Notes under the pieces: generated by a model
Database searches by the model: none
Told to the model about the DNA's origin: nothing
Seen by the model: only the letters and a program-made list of their open reading frames with translations
In this document: piece after piece, positions 27,332 to 39,050 of the stretch
Layout: each line of letters opens with the position of its first letter
How positions within the stretch are numbered: the stretch's first letter is position 1
Assembly: GCF_001447785.1 (NCBI RefSeq)
Contig: NW_015172563.1
Location: forward strand, 614,150-678,149
Reading direction: 5' to 3'
Source: Gekko japonicus
Taxonomy: Eukaryota
Length of the DNA: 64,000 nt
Made by a program: the position numbers and the translations under genes

Positions 27332-27345
27332 CCACTAGATGGCAG
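27332..27345 (+). promoter_or_regulatory. Candidate CTCF core motif
   Basis: CCACTAGATGGCAG matches the CTCF core CCASYAGRKGGCRS, in non-repeat sequence. Confidence 0.45.
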
Positions 27346-27364
27346 TACTATTTCAGTAATTAAA

Positions 27365-27526
27365 TAAAATGTTGAACAATGATGAAATCTGGTCTTTAAA
27401 GTTTTATGACCAAATTCTGTGATTACTGCTTATTCCTTATCCTAGTAAAATGTTGAACAATGATGAAATCTGGTCTTAAAAGTTTTATGACCAAATTCTG
27501 TGATCACTGCTTATTCCTTACCCTAG
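27365..27526. repeat. ~81-bp tandem duplication
   Basis: Two near-identical units TAAAATGTTGAACAATGATG...CCTAG at 27365-27445 and 27446-27526. Confidence 0.9.
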
Positions 27527-28307
27527 TATCCATTAAATTTCCTCAAAGTAAATAAATGTATGATTTTTAAAAACAGTGTGATTATCTGTTACTATTGTTT
27601 GACATATACCATAATGCGACTTTAAAGGAACTGATAATAGCCTCTCTCTGTTGTTACCTTTTATATAAATACTCAAATAAAATTTATCTTCATGTATACC
27701 TAAAATTTGAAGGAAAATACATGTTAAATTGTCAGTCTGCAAAGTATAAAGAATAATTATTGAGCCAGAGTATTATTTAGATTTTGAAGGCTGGCTTGAT
27801 GTCTTATTCTTTCATTTGCTTTTATCATTCAGAAATAGATATTGGCACTACTTTTTGCATATACTATAACAACCATAATATCTTGTTAATAGACACAGTT
27901 AGAAACATTTTATCATAGTAATGTTGAATAGTTCTGCTTGTATGATTTGCTGCTTATATTACACCAGTGAAATTGCACCAATGCTGGCAGTATATGAATG
28001 TGATATACTGGTAGGCATCCATGAAAGCAATCCACAATTTTTAACAGGTTTCCATTCCCGGATCTGCTGTACTATTATCAACAGATACCACAGAACAAAG
28101 GGTTATGACAATGCTGTTTGAGAGCTTACACCACTGCTACAAAAATGGCGTTAGCCAAACAATCAAGCAGTTTTATTTTAAAATGTCACTTTGTTGAAAT
28201 GTTCAGTAGGAACATAGGAAAGAAATATTAAAATCAATACATTTTGATGCACAGTGCAAGTGCTGTACTCCTAAGATTATTACTACTACGGTATTAATAA
28301 TAATTAA

Positions 28308-28511
<204 letters not shown>

Positions 28512-29083
28512 TGAAATAGGAAGTATTTTGTTACCTTCACATGCTCATTTTCTTACTCTTCTTTTGCATGGAACATAGGATGTCAGCTGATTTCTTTGTG
28601 AGTTCTGCTCAGAAATAGTATCCAGGAATGCAGCCTTCAAAAACTAGGCCTCTGGGCTAGGCTTTGAAGATTGTTCACTTAACAAGGCGCATTTCCCAGT
28701 CTTTAGACTAAATGGAAAACAGTGGCCACTATTTGAATTCATAATTACAAGGACTGTAAATTTGAATCAGCTTGATCTGTTGGTTAAACAACTAACACTT
28801 TAATTGCAGACTGAAATGTCAGTTAGATTTATTACGGTTCACGACCAAATTCACAACACAACAAATTCACGACCAAATTTGTGCAGGATATGCCTACATC
28901 CCTCCCTGCTGTGCCAGATGTGGAGGGGAGAAAACCTTGAAGATGGCTCTTACTATTGATATCCATAGCTAGTTCATATTTTGCATTTCATTATAATTTC
29001 CTAGCAACTGGAAATGACAAGGCTCAGTAAAACCAATGGCAATAATTCTTTTAAATCTGGATCTTTATCCCTTTCCCACCAAT

Positions 29084-29289
29084 CAATGTTCCCTCTAAGC
29101 TGAGTTAGTGTGAGCTAGCTCACAGTTTTTTAGCCTCCAGCTCGCACATTCTTGACTTTGCTCAGGAAGGATGGCTCCAGAGCAAACTGATTTATGCAGA
29201 AGCCAAATCGCTCGCTCACAACTTTAATGCCAGTGGCTCACAAAGTAGAATTTTTGCTCACAAGATTCCACAGCTTAGAGGGAACATTG
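29084..29289. mobile_element. ~206-bp hAT MITE, second copy
   Basis: TIRs plus perfect 8-bp TSD ccaccaat. Confidence 0.9.
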
Positions 29290-30439
29290 CCACCAATACT
29301 CTGTGAAGCTCAGAGTTCTGTTTCAGAGTACTACTAAGGTAGAAGAGGTGTTTATCTCGCAAAGATTGGGAACCAGGTCACAGCTGCTAAAACAGCAGTG
29401 GAGCTGTCAAGCTACGTGATATGGGCTGATGCAAGAATACACAGATCTGGTCAGAATGAAGAGTTTAGGCCGCAAAGTCTGGACAGCAGCTAAAAACTTT
29501 AACTGTTGACCCTACAGCTTCACTCCTTCATGGAGTACCAAAGAGATTTATTCTAGTTGGACTCGGGCACCAGGCCTTCCACCACCACCCCAAAGAACCT
29601 GCTACTCAGGCTTGTCAGAGTCTTTCTTCCTATGAGCCGAAGCATAGGATAAAGGACATGCCTCTGGTTATTGGGACTCAGCAGGTCAGTTTGCTATGGC
29701 TCCTTTCTCAGAGTCATCTTCAGGTGATTGTTTCCTTCTAGATGCAATACACACTAGAGCCAGGACATTTTTCTGGGGGAATGCACTGGAACAGAGTTCC
29801 GGAACCTGTTTAACAAAATTCTTTTAAAAATATTTTAAAGTTTATGAATTTGCAGTATACAGATTGAAAACGTCATTTCCCTCTTGAGAGTTCCAGCATG
29901 TCTTCCCTCCCCAAGAAAGCCCTGACAAGAGCCCTGCAGAAGGTCCTTGCTTGGATTCAAAGTTCCTAGTGACTGCGTCTTTGTCAAAGGATAACCCCTT
30001 TCAGTTGAGCTCCGGGACACATGAACATCTTCCAGAGATCTGTGTTCCCATGCATAATGCTTTCATGGGCTTTTGCAGTAGTCTGCACAATTCTGAGAGC
30101 ACAGAAACAAATAAATAGACTTCTGTTATTCTTGTTCTTCTCTAGGTTGGGAGAGTTTGTTCCACTAGAAACAACTGTTCATTGTTTAGCAAGATATATT
30201 TTTCATCAGTATAACAATAAAGAAAAGAGTTAATTAGGAAAAAAAGTAATATGAGAGAAGCAAATTCACCAAATGCATTCACACTAGACGTGAAGTTCTA
30301 ATCCTCAAATTGACTTTGAGGAAGAAAGTTGCTCAACTCAGTGTGGCCACTGCAGAAGTTCTGCACATATTCTCTGTTTAAATCACTGTAAGAGAAGAGC
30401 TTCCTTGGAGTCAGTATCAAAGCCAGCTGTTTGAGAACT

Positions 30440-30880
30440 TAGGCCAAGGAGGACCTGATAGAGGTTTCTAAAATTTTGCATGGGCTGGAGAAAGGGGATC
30501 AAGGGAGCTTTTTCTCCCTCTCCCCTGGGACTTGGGGATACACAATGAAATTGTTGGGAAATACGTTCAGAACAGATAAAGGAAAATACTCTGAGTAATT
30601 AAATTGTGAAATTCACTACTGCAGAGGTAGTGATGACCACGAGCAGGGATAGCTTTAAAAAGGGGTTATACAGATTCATGGAGGAGAGGTCTTTCAGTGG
30701 CTACTAGCCAGGGTGACTGAAGGGAGCCTTCATAATCAGATGTAGCAAACCTCTGAATCCCAGTGCTGGGAGGTGGCAGGGAAGGGCCTTAGCCTCTATG
30801 CCCCGATTGCTCTCTGAGCAGGACAGGATGCCAGACTAGAAGGATCTGATCCAGCAGGGCTATTATGTTCTTATATTCTT
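30440..30880 (+). mobile_element. CR1 LINE 3' end
   Basis: DLIEV.KI.HG-type remnant, ttcagaacagataaag motif and TTATGTTC tail. Confidence 0.75.
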
Positions 30881-30883
30881 TAT

Positions 30884-31470
30884 AAGACAAATGTGGACAA
30901 TCACGACCTAATCAGAGAACAAATGTAAAGAAAACAGTCGTGACGGTCTGACCCACAGATCAAGCAGTCAACAAGACTTGCAAAGAAAATGCTTTCTGTA
31001 TATTATGGTCAAAAGCACTACAACACAATACAAAAAACAAATTCCTTCAAATCATAAGAAAATCCTAGTGTAAAAATACATCATCAATGTCGTCTCTGGA
31101 GACGCCTGGGATCCATTAGAAGCTTAGCAGCATATTTGAGCCTGAATACTTACTGAGATCAGCATCCTATCTGAATGTATTATCTTTCAGGACTTTTTTG
31201 TAAAGCACTTTATGAGCAAGGGAGCTTTTGTACTACTCTATTATTTCCTGAGGAAGATCCAATTTTGAAATGTTGTTATATAATCCAGAGACGATGTTGA
31301 TGATGTATTTTTACACTAGAATTTTCTTATGATTTGAAGGTATTTGTTTATTGTATTGTGTTGTAGTGCTTTTGACCATAATATACAGAAAGCATTTTCT
31401 TTGCAAGTCTTGTTGACTGTTTGATCTGTGGGTCAGACCCTCACGACTGTTTTCTTTACATTTGTTCTCT
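30884..31470. mobile_element. Palindromic Penelope-like remnant (187-bp inverted repeats around a 183-bp spacer)
   Basis: Arms at 30914-31100 and 31284-31470, flanked by the 15-bp direct repeat tcttatattctttat. The spacer has a CTGAGGAAG...GAAA hammerhead-like core. Confidence 0.65.
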
Positions 31471-33245
31471 TATATTCTTTATCACTCTTATTTATTAATT
31501 TAATTTATTTAAAATATTTATAGCTCTCATTTTCTATTATAAATATCCAAGGCTGCTCAGAACATAGTAATTAAAAATACACACGGGTAAAAACCAGACT
31601 TGTATAAAGAAGTTAAAGTATTCAACAACAGCGGGTAGCAAAACACAACATTTGAAATGATAGAAACAGAGCAGAGTATAAACAGCAGTCATATTGAATC
31701 AGTTCTTTAGGAGCTCATGTGATTAGAGACTTGAAATTCGCTGTCTGCATCAGTGGCTTAAAAAATTGAGCCCAAACAAATTACTGTGGCATTTCTAATT
31801 GTATTCATTTGGAATGTTGATATTTTGTTTAGGATTTTAAACATCTGTTTCCAGTTGTTTCAGTCCTAGTATAAGTGCTGGAAATTTCATATAAATATAA
31901 TACAAAATTACAGGTAAGTGGATGTGGAAAAGTGACAGGCTTTTTTTGTAGCAGAGAAAAAAATGCTCCCTGCACACTTGCGAAAGTACAGTTGCCACTA
32001 AGCAGAGAACCTGAAAACTTCCATTGGTTAACATTTTATATGCAAGAATGGCAACAATACCAATTTGTATTTTAGGGAGAATGCCTATGGAATGAAGTTG
32101 AAATTTTCTTTTTTAAATTCATAAATTTGAAAACACAGTCTTTGAAAACATAGTCAATGAAACATTACTAGCAATAGCTTCTAGCTGCATGTGTATTAAC
32201 AGCACAATCCTAAACAGCTTTACAGAAAAGAGTGTAACTCTGTTTAGGATTGCACTGTAAGAATTCCATCTCAAGAAAAAGATTAACAGTTGAACTGAAG
32301 TCTGTCATCCGGATTACAATCTTTGGGAAACAGCCTCCAAAAGCCGATAATCTGTAGGGGTTGGAAGGCTGTACAGAAACAGTAATTCCATTTTTTCAGC
32401 AGTTTACCTAAAACATTCCAAATATTAAGCAACATTTGACTATTAGACCCAGAATGCGAGGAGTGCCAATATGAAAATGGGAACTAGCTAGTTAGAATTC
32501 TTGATGGCATCTAGGAAATTTGTGATGCAGGCATCATTCTCATGAATCAGAATGAGTCTTACGCTTAGATGCTTTTCCTAACTTTTTCATTTTGTAATAA
32601 AACTCTGTTTTAAAGTGAGAAGCAATTTGTATAATGGTAAGTTATTCTATGGTTAATTATCATACTAATAGTAAAAAAATTGAACAATTCTTTATGTACT
32701 GTATAATTTGTCAGATGACCCCATTTAAGGTACCAGAACTGAAGGATAACACTATGTTTGATCAGTTTTATTTACGTGCAAAATTCTGCTGCTTAATCAA
32801 ACCATTAAGAGCAGTTAGCTTGAGCACAAGCATGGACCTTTGTAGGGACTAAGAGCACCATCCTATGCATGTTTACTTGGTGATAAGTCTCATTGAATTA
32901 CTTGGCCAAGTATGTATACATAAGCTTGCTGCCTGTGATTTCTGTTTCATTGTGACACAAAATATATCCCTGAGCAGCTGAAAAAATATTCAAGGCCCGA
33001 ACAGGAAACAGTTGCTTTTGCTGTTCTGCCTGCCCTGTTTGTTTGTTCACTTATTTTATTTTACTTTATTAATACCCCATCTTTCTCCTTAATGGGAACC
33101 TAAAGCAGCTTACATTATTCTGTTCTTCCATTTTAATCTTCACAACAACCATGTGGTGGGGTAGGTTAGGTTGACAGTGTGACTCGCCCAAGGTCACCCA
33201 GCAAGCTTCCATGGGACAAGTGGGGATTCAGACCTGGCTCTTCCA

Positions 33246-33952
33246 CAGGGCCAGCCCCAGCTTATTTTGCACCCTAGGTGAGGATCCCTTCTGGCACCCC
33301 CCCGTGTGCCCACCAATTTTCTCTTCTGCCCCCCCCCCGTGCTGCTGCTCCTCCTCTTGAGAAGTTAGCTGGCCAAAGAGGCGGCGGCGGTCACCTGGTC
33401 AGAGCCAGCGGGGGGACTTTTTGGCGGGGGTGGCGGGTGCAGTTTGCCGCCCCTCATCAGGGTGCCCGGAGAAGAGGCTGACCAGTGTGGCTCTCAAAAG
33501 CCGTCGCTCCCCTGGCCCTGCTGTTCCTCCTCCTCCTCCTCCTCCTGAAAAGTTAGCTGGCCAAAGAGGCAGCGGCGGTTACCCAGTCAGAGCCAGCGAG
33601 GGGGCTTTTTGAGTGGGGGGGCAGGTGCAGTTTGGTGCCCCTCGTCAGGGTGCCCGGAGAAGAGCTGACCGGTGGGGCTCTCAAAAGCCGTTGCTCCCCC
33701 GGCCCTGCTGCTGCTGCTCCTGCTGCAGCTGCCAGTCCCCGGCCGCAAGGAGGAGGAGGAGAAGCATTCACGTTCCGCTGGGAAGGGGGCAGGCAGGGAG
33801 AAGTTAGCCGGCCAAAGAGGCGGTGGATGGCAATGGTGGCGGCAGTCACCTGGTCGCGGAAATGCAATGGCGGGGGGGTGCAGTTTGGCGCCCCTAAGGA
33901 CCGGCACGCTCTAGGCGAATGCTTAGTTTGCCTAGTGAGCGAGCCGGCCCTG
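33246..33952. mobile_element. GC-rich hAT-type non-autonomous element with internal tandem repeats, nested in a SINE
   Basis: Termini CAGGGCC...GGCCCTG and TSD ctcttcca/ctgttcca. GAAGTTAGCYGGCCAAAGAGGC-like motif recurs three times (near 33360, 33548, 33800). It interrupts a SINE spanning about 33060-33995. Confidence 0.8.
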
Positions 33953-36033
33953 CTGTTCCAGATACTAGTCCAGCACGCTAACCAGTACACCACACTAGCT
34001 TTGAAATCTCTTGAAAGGAATGGAACAGCATCTCTTTATGTTGTTTTATGTTCACTGAGTGGAGAGTCAGAGTGGTGGTTCAGCACATCAGCTGTTAAAA
34101 ACAGTCCAGGAAAAGTTTTCGTAATGAAAGTATATAATTGCCAGGCTCCACCAACCTGATTCCTTATACCGCTTTTAATATGAAAGATAATTATGGACAT
34201 TAGTAGCTATTTGTCATGAATTATTTGATATGATACAAGTTGGTTTTTAAAAAATATAAGGACCAAACACATTAGATATAATACTTTAAACAAACTTGGG
34301 AGCCAAAGGATGTTTTCTGCTGTCATGTAAAGTCAGTTTAATCCAGTTGATACCACTCGGAAAAATATGTTTAAATTCAGGTGATGTAGTAGTAATGATA
34401 TGTGAATTGCACTGAAAGTGTAGCACAAAGTTTTTGTGGATATGAGCTGTTATTCCAACATACACTTTTAATGCAGTCGCTACAGTGATGTTCCGTTTGA
34501 CACAGGTCTGGCAAATTCACTTTCCTGTACAGCCTGTCAGTTGCAGTCTACTGATAACTAATCACAGGCACCTGCATATCTGTAGGAACCCCACATATTT
34601 GTTTGGTTTCTGAACTATATATTGGTTTTATGCAGTATTACTTTTTGCCACATGTAGCAACAGATGAAGTGTGTTTCTGCAGTTCAATATGTTCAATTGG
34701 TTTGGAATTCCAGTGTAAAGATCTGCATTGTAATGCTTTCCTTGTACACAACCCTGCCACCTAACCAGTCACAGTTTTTTACTCATGAAACAATCCATAG
34801 TGGGTTGGATTCAACCTACATTTCCACTGGTTAAAAAGGGAAAACCACCCTTCTGATTGCCCAAAATGGCTGTGCTGGGAATCGTGGGACTGTATGAACA
34901 AAAGCCATATGGGAGTGACTGGAGTAAGGAGGAAAATAGGGTGAGATTTAGCAAAAAAGCTGGCTGGATCTAACCCAGTGTTGGGCAATGACTTTGAAAT
35001 ATTAATAAAATGGTTGGAAAAAGTGATCTATTTAAGACATAGGTTTGCTTTGATAGCTGCTTAGAACACATAGTATTAATTACTGAAGGAAATTAATTCA
35101 AATAGACAAACACTAAAAAGGGGAATTGTTTAGTCTATTTCACACTTCTCAAAAAAAAACACAGTGCTGAAGTGCAAGAGTACATAAACATCTGCTTTTT
35201 ACAAAGTTTGAGTCCAGTGGCACCTTTAAGACCAACAAAGTTTAATTCTGGGTATAAGCTTCTGTGTGCATTCATACTTCTTCAGGTACATTGAAATGGA
35301 TTTTGCCAACCGCTACATATAGATACAGAGAAGGTGGGGGGTGGAGTTAGTTGCCAGAAACAGCTAATTGGAGTCAAGATGCATAAGTAACTGAGCACTA
35401 AGTACAGCTAAGATTGGATTAAAGCAGTTGGTAAAGCCTGTGAGTAGCAGCAAATTAGCATACAGATAATAAAAGAGTTAACAAACAGTTGTGAGAACTG
35501 AGTGAGTTAGCATGTGTAGTGTGATAAGAACCCGATACCTCTTTTAAGCGCTGGGGGTTCCATTGTCCTGAGTGTTGTAATAACTTACAGTTCAACAATA
35601 TCCTGTTCTAGTCTGTTTCTGAAATTCCTTTGCAATAAAACAACTCCTTTGAGGTCCCCCATTGAGTGTTCTGGGAGGCTGAAATATTCTCCTACAGGTT
35701 TCTCAATTTTGTGATTCTTGATGTCCATTTATCCTTTGGCATGGGGTTTCACCTGTTTGCCCTATGTAGAGAACCAAAAGGCATTGTTGGCATTTAATGG
35801 CATATACAATGTTAGAAAATGAGCAGGTGAATAAGCCTGAGATGGTGTAGTTGATATTGTTCAGTCTGGTGACCGTGTTGTCTGAGTGTATGTGGCAGCA
35901 AAGTTGGCATCTGGGTTTACTGCAAGCTCTGGTACCAGTGCCCATGTTCAAATTAGATGTTGTATTATTGTGGGTGAGGAGTTGTTTAAGATTGGGGGGG
36001 ATGTCTGTGGGCAGGAAAAGTTTTGTCCCCCCG

Positions 36034-36413
36034 GTACTTTTGAAAGTATTATGGTGCTGGAGAAGACTCTTGAGAGTCCCTTGGACTGCAAGGAGATCAA
36101 ATCAGTCAATCCTAAAAGAAATCAACCCTAACTGTTCCCTAGAAGGCCAGATACTGAAGCTGAAGCTCAAATACTTTGGCCACCAAATGAGAAGGGTGCA
36201 CTCAATGGAGAAGACCCTGATACTAGGAAAGATTAAAGGTCAAAGAAGAAGGGGACGGCAAAGGATGAGATGGTTAGACAGTGTTATCGATGCAATGGAC
36301 ATGAAATTGAGCAAACTCCGGAGGACGATGGAAGACAGGAGGGCCTGGGATGATGTGGTCCATGGGGTTGCGAAGAGTCAGACTCGACTGTGCGACTGAA
36401 CAACAGCAGCAAC
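36034..36413 (+). mobile_element. BovB (RTE) LINE 3' end inserted into the Penelope element
   Basis: WCWRRLLRVPWTARRSNQSILKEINP.CSLEG.ILKLKLKYFGH.MRR...EKTL.LGKI.G.RRRGRQRMRWLD, then a (CAA/CAG) tail. Confidence 0.9.
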
Positions 36414-37380
36414 ACTTGTGAAAGAGAACTGTAATTATTCCATAGAGATTGTAAGTCATTTATGATGTGTTAATCTGTTTTGAGTTGAGAGCTATATGTG
36501 ACCACTAGTGGTGTTCTGTTGTTGTCTCTTTTGGCCCTGTCTTGAAATAGATTTTCTCTGGGTACCATTCTGGCTTTGTTAATCTGTTTCTTGACTTCAT
36601 CAGGTGGACATTTTAGTTCCAAAAAGGTTTGTTGTAGATCCGTCAGGTGAGAATCTCTGCTTGTAGGATTGGAACAGATGTGGCTGTAGCATAGAGCCTG
36701 GCAGTATACAGTGGATTGTTGGGTATGTTTAGGATGGTAGCTGGAGGCACATAGCCGTGGTTGTTGGTCAGTAGGTTTCCGGTATAAGATGGTGTCTATG
36801 CATCCATTGTGCATTTTTACAGTAGTGTCCAGAAAATGTATTTCTTGCATAGATTGGTTCATTGTCAGGTTGATGGTGGTGTGAAAGTCATTGAATGCCT
36901 GATGGAATATGTCCAGGGTTTCTTTACCATGTGTCCAGACAATAAAGATGTCATCAGTGTATCACAGATATATAAGAGGTGTGAGTAGGTAGGAGTTTAG
37001 GAAGCATTGCTCCAAAATGGCCATAAAGATGTTAGCATACTGTGGGGTCATGCGGATGCCCATGGCTGTACCATTGATCTGAAGGAACAAGCTATCACCA
37101 GATTTGAAGTGGTTATGGGTGAGAACACAATGGCATTGTTTGGTGGCAAAGTCAGTTTTGTTGTTGTCAGAAATCATATTCTTTATAGCTTGTAATGCAT
37201 ATTTTGTGGGGGATGTTGGTATACAGAGATTCCATATCCGTGTTAGCTAAAATAGTATTCTCTGGAAGGCTGTTCCAAGATTGTATTTCCCTCAGAAGGT
37301 GTGTGGTGTCGCACACATAACTAGGAGTGTTGATGGCATAGGGTCTTAGAACAGAGTCCGTATATCCAGATACCCCCATG

Positions 37381-37576
37381 CAATGCTCTCTCGAAGCTGT
37401 GGAGTCTTGTGAGCAAAAATTCTACTTTGTGAGCTACTGGCATTAAAGTTGTGAGTGAGCGATTTGGCTACTGCATGAATTAGTTGCATCCTTCCTGAGC
37501 TAAGACAAAAATGTGTGAACCGGAGGCTAAAAATCTGTGAGCTAACTCACACTAACTCAGCTTAGAGGGTACACTG
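37381..37576. mobile_element. hAT MITE, third copy (opposite orientation), inserted in the Penelope element
   Basis: Reverse complement of the 14399 element, with TSD cccccatg/cccccaca. Confidence 0.85.
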
Positions 37577-38748
37577 CCCCCACATTGATAGTGCTTATGC
37601 CTGAGACAATGGGGCATCCTGGTTTGCCAGGTCTGTGTAGTTTGGGTAGAAGATAAAAGGTACATGGTCGAAGTTCCTCTGGGGTGTCTGATAGGGTTTC
37701 TTCTTGAACATTTCTTTTTCCTTTATAATCTTGTCTAGTTCTTTTTTGTATTCCTGTGTAGGATCTGAGTACGGTTGTTTGTAAAAAACAGTATTTGAGA
37801 GTTGTCTTTGAGCCTCCAGGACGTAGTCTGGTCTATGCATGATGACAATAGCTTTGTCTGCCTCTTTAATGATAATATCTGGATTGTTCCTGATACTGTC
37901 TATATGACCTTCCTTTCAGCATGGTTGAGATTCTGTTGTACGCAATGGTGTTTGTTGATCACATCAGTTTGGTCTCTATGGCAAAAGCATTTGATGTAGA
38001 GATCCAGTGTGGCATTGTGACCATCAGGAGGGGTCCATGTGAAGTCTCTTCTTTTGTAGCATTGTTTTGACGGCAGTTGGTGGTCAATTTCTTGTTCATC
38101 GGTGGGTTGGAGGAATGGTAGCTGTTCTACAGTAGATTGTGTGATGGTATGTTGTGAAGATGCTGCCTGTTCTTGTGTATGTTGAAAGTACTCCTTCAGG
38201 CATAGGCGGCAGAAAAAATCTTCCAGGTTCCCGCAGAACTGAATCATCTGTGTGGATTTGGTGGGGCAGAGTGATAGTCCAAATGAAAGAACTGATTCCT
38301 CTGCTGGGCTGAGTCTGTGCTGTGAAAAGTTGATGATATTGTCGGAGGAGTTCTTGTTGTTATGATTGGCCGCCTGCAGGTTAGGGAGTTTTTTGGTTCT
38401 TCAGCAATTCCAGTTGGGAGTGGTAGATGGTTTGTCTTTTCTTTTGGAAAATTTGCCAAGCTGGTTAATTCCTTGTAGAAATGTCCACTTCAGGCCTGGC
38501 AGCAGCAATGAAAGGGGGAATCCCCCATGAGTATTGCAGGCCCCCACTTGTAAGTGTATAACACCACCAATGCTTCTAGCTTTGTCAAAGGGAAAATAAT
38601 ATTAAAATGAAGGTTTCAGACTTCTAATTCAGGGCTTTGTGATATTCTGAAGGTGCCTTCCCACATCCTTTAGTTTTACACACATTCTTATGTATTTTTT
38701 TAAAAAACAGATTCTGTACTCCAGTTTTACAGATAATAGGCCAACATT

Positions 38749-39050
38749 TAGGGTTGCCAGCCCCCAGGTCCAAGTGGGGGATCCCCTGCTTTTGGGGGCT
38801 TCTCATTGCCATGGACCATCATCACATCGGGGACGTTGTGTGGGGATGCTCTGTTTCTGGGGCAAAACTCTATGGTTTGAGGGTGATTTTACCATAGAGT
38901 TTCACTCAAAACCAGAGCGTCACCCCCAGTTTCTCTGAGGTGATGATGTCACTTCCTGGTGATGTCATCATGTCGCGTGACTTCCCTGCCCACCCCTGGA
39001 ATGCCTCCCAAATCCCCCTGTCGGATCCACAAGAGGACATGGCAATCCTA
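38749..39050. mobile_element. MITE with TAGGGTTGCCA termini
   Basis: TIRs and perfect 8-bp TSD ccaacatt. Related copies or fragments near 6945, 13272, 43354, 51831, 58388, 60213 and 63920. Confidence 0.85.

Larger units (their letters stand above)
35203..38460 (-). mobile_element. Penelope-like retroelement (RT plus GIY-YIG endonuclease), degraded
   Basis: Minus frames contain QINGTAMG..PQYANIFM, FLDTTV...LYRKPTD, and NIVYAIKCQQC..LYIGQTG (GIY-YIG). The 3' end has a CTGAAGAAG...GAAG degenerate hammerhead-like core (about 35257-35285). Confidence 0.9.

Noticed and set aside
27375-27526. Possible tandem C/D box snoRNAs (ATGATGA in each 81-bp unit)
   Set aside because: No CTGA D box at a suitable distance and no terminal stem; best read as a simple tandem duplication.
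33278-34159. Cluster of overlapping GC-rich ORFs
   Set aside because: They lie mostly within a TSD-bounded non-autonomous transposon with tandem repeats; low-complexity translations.
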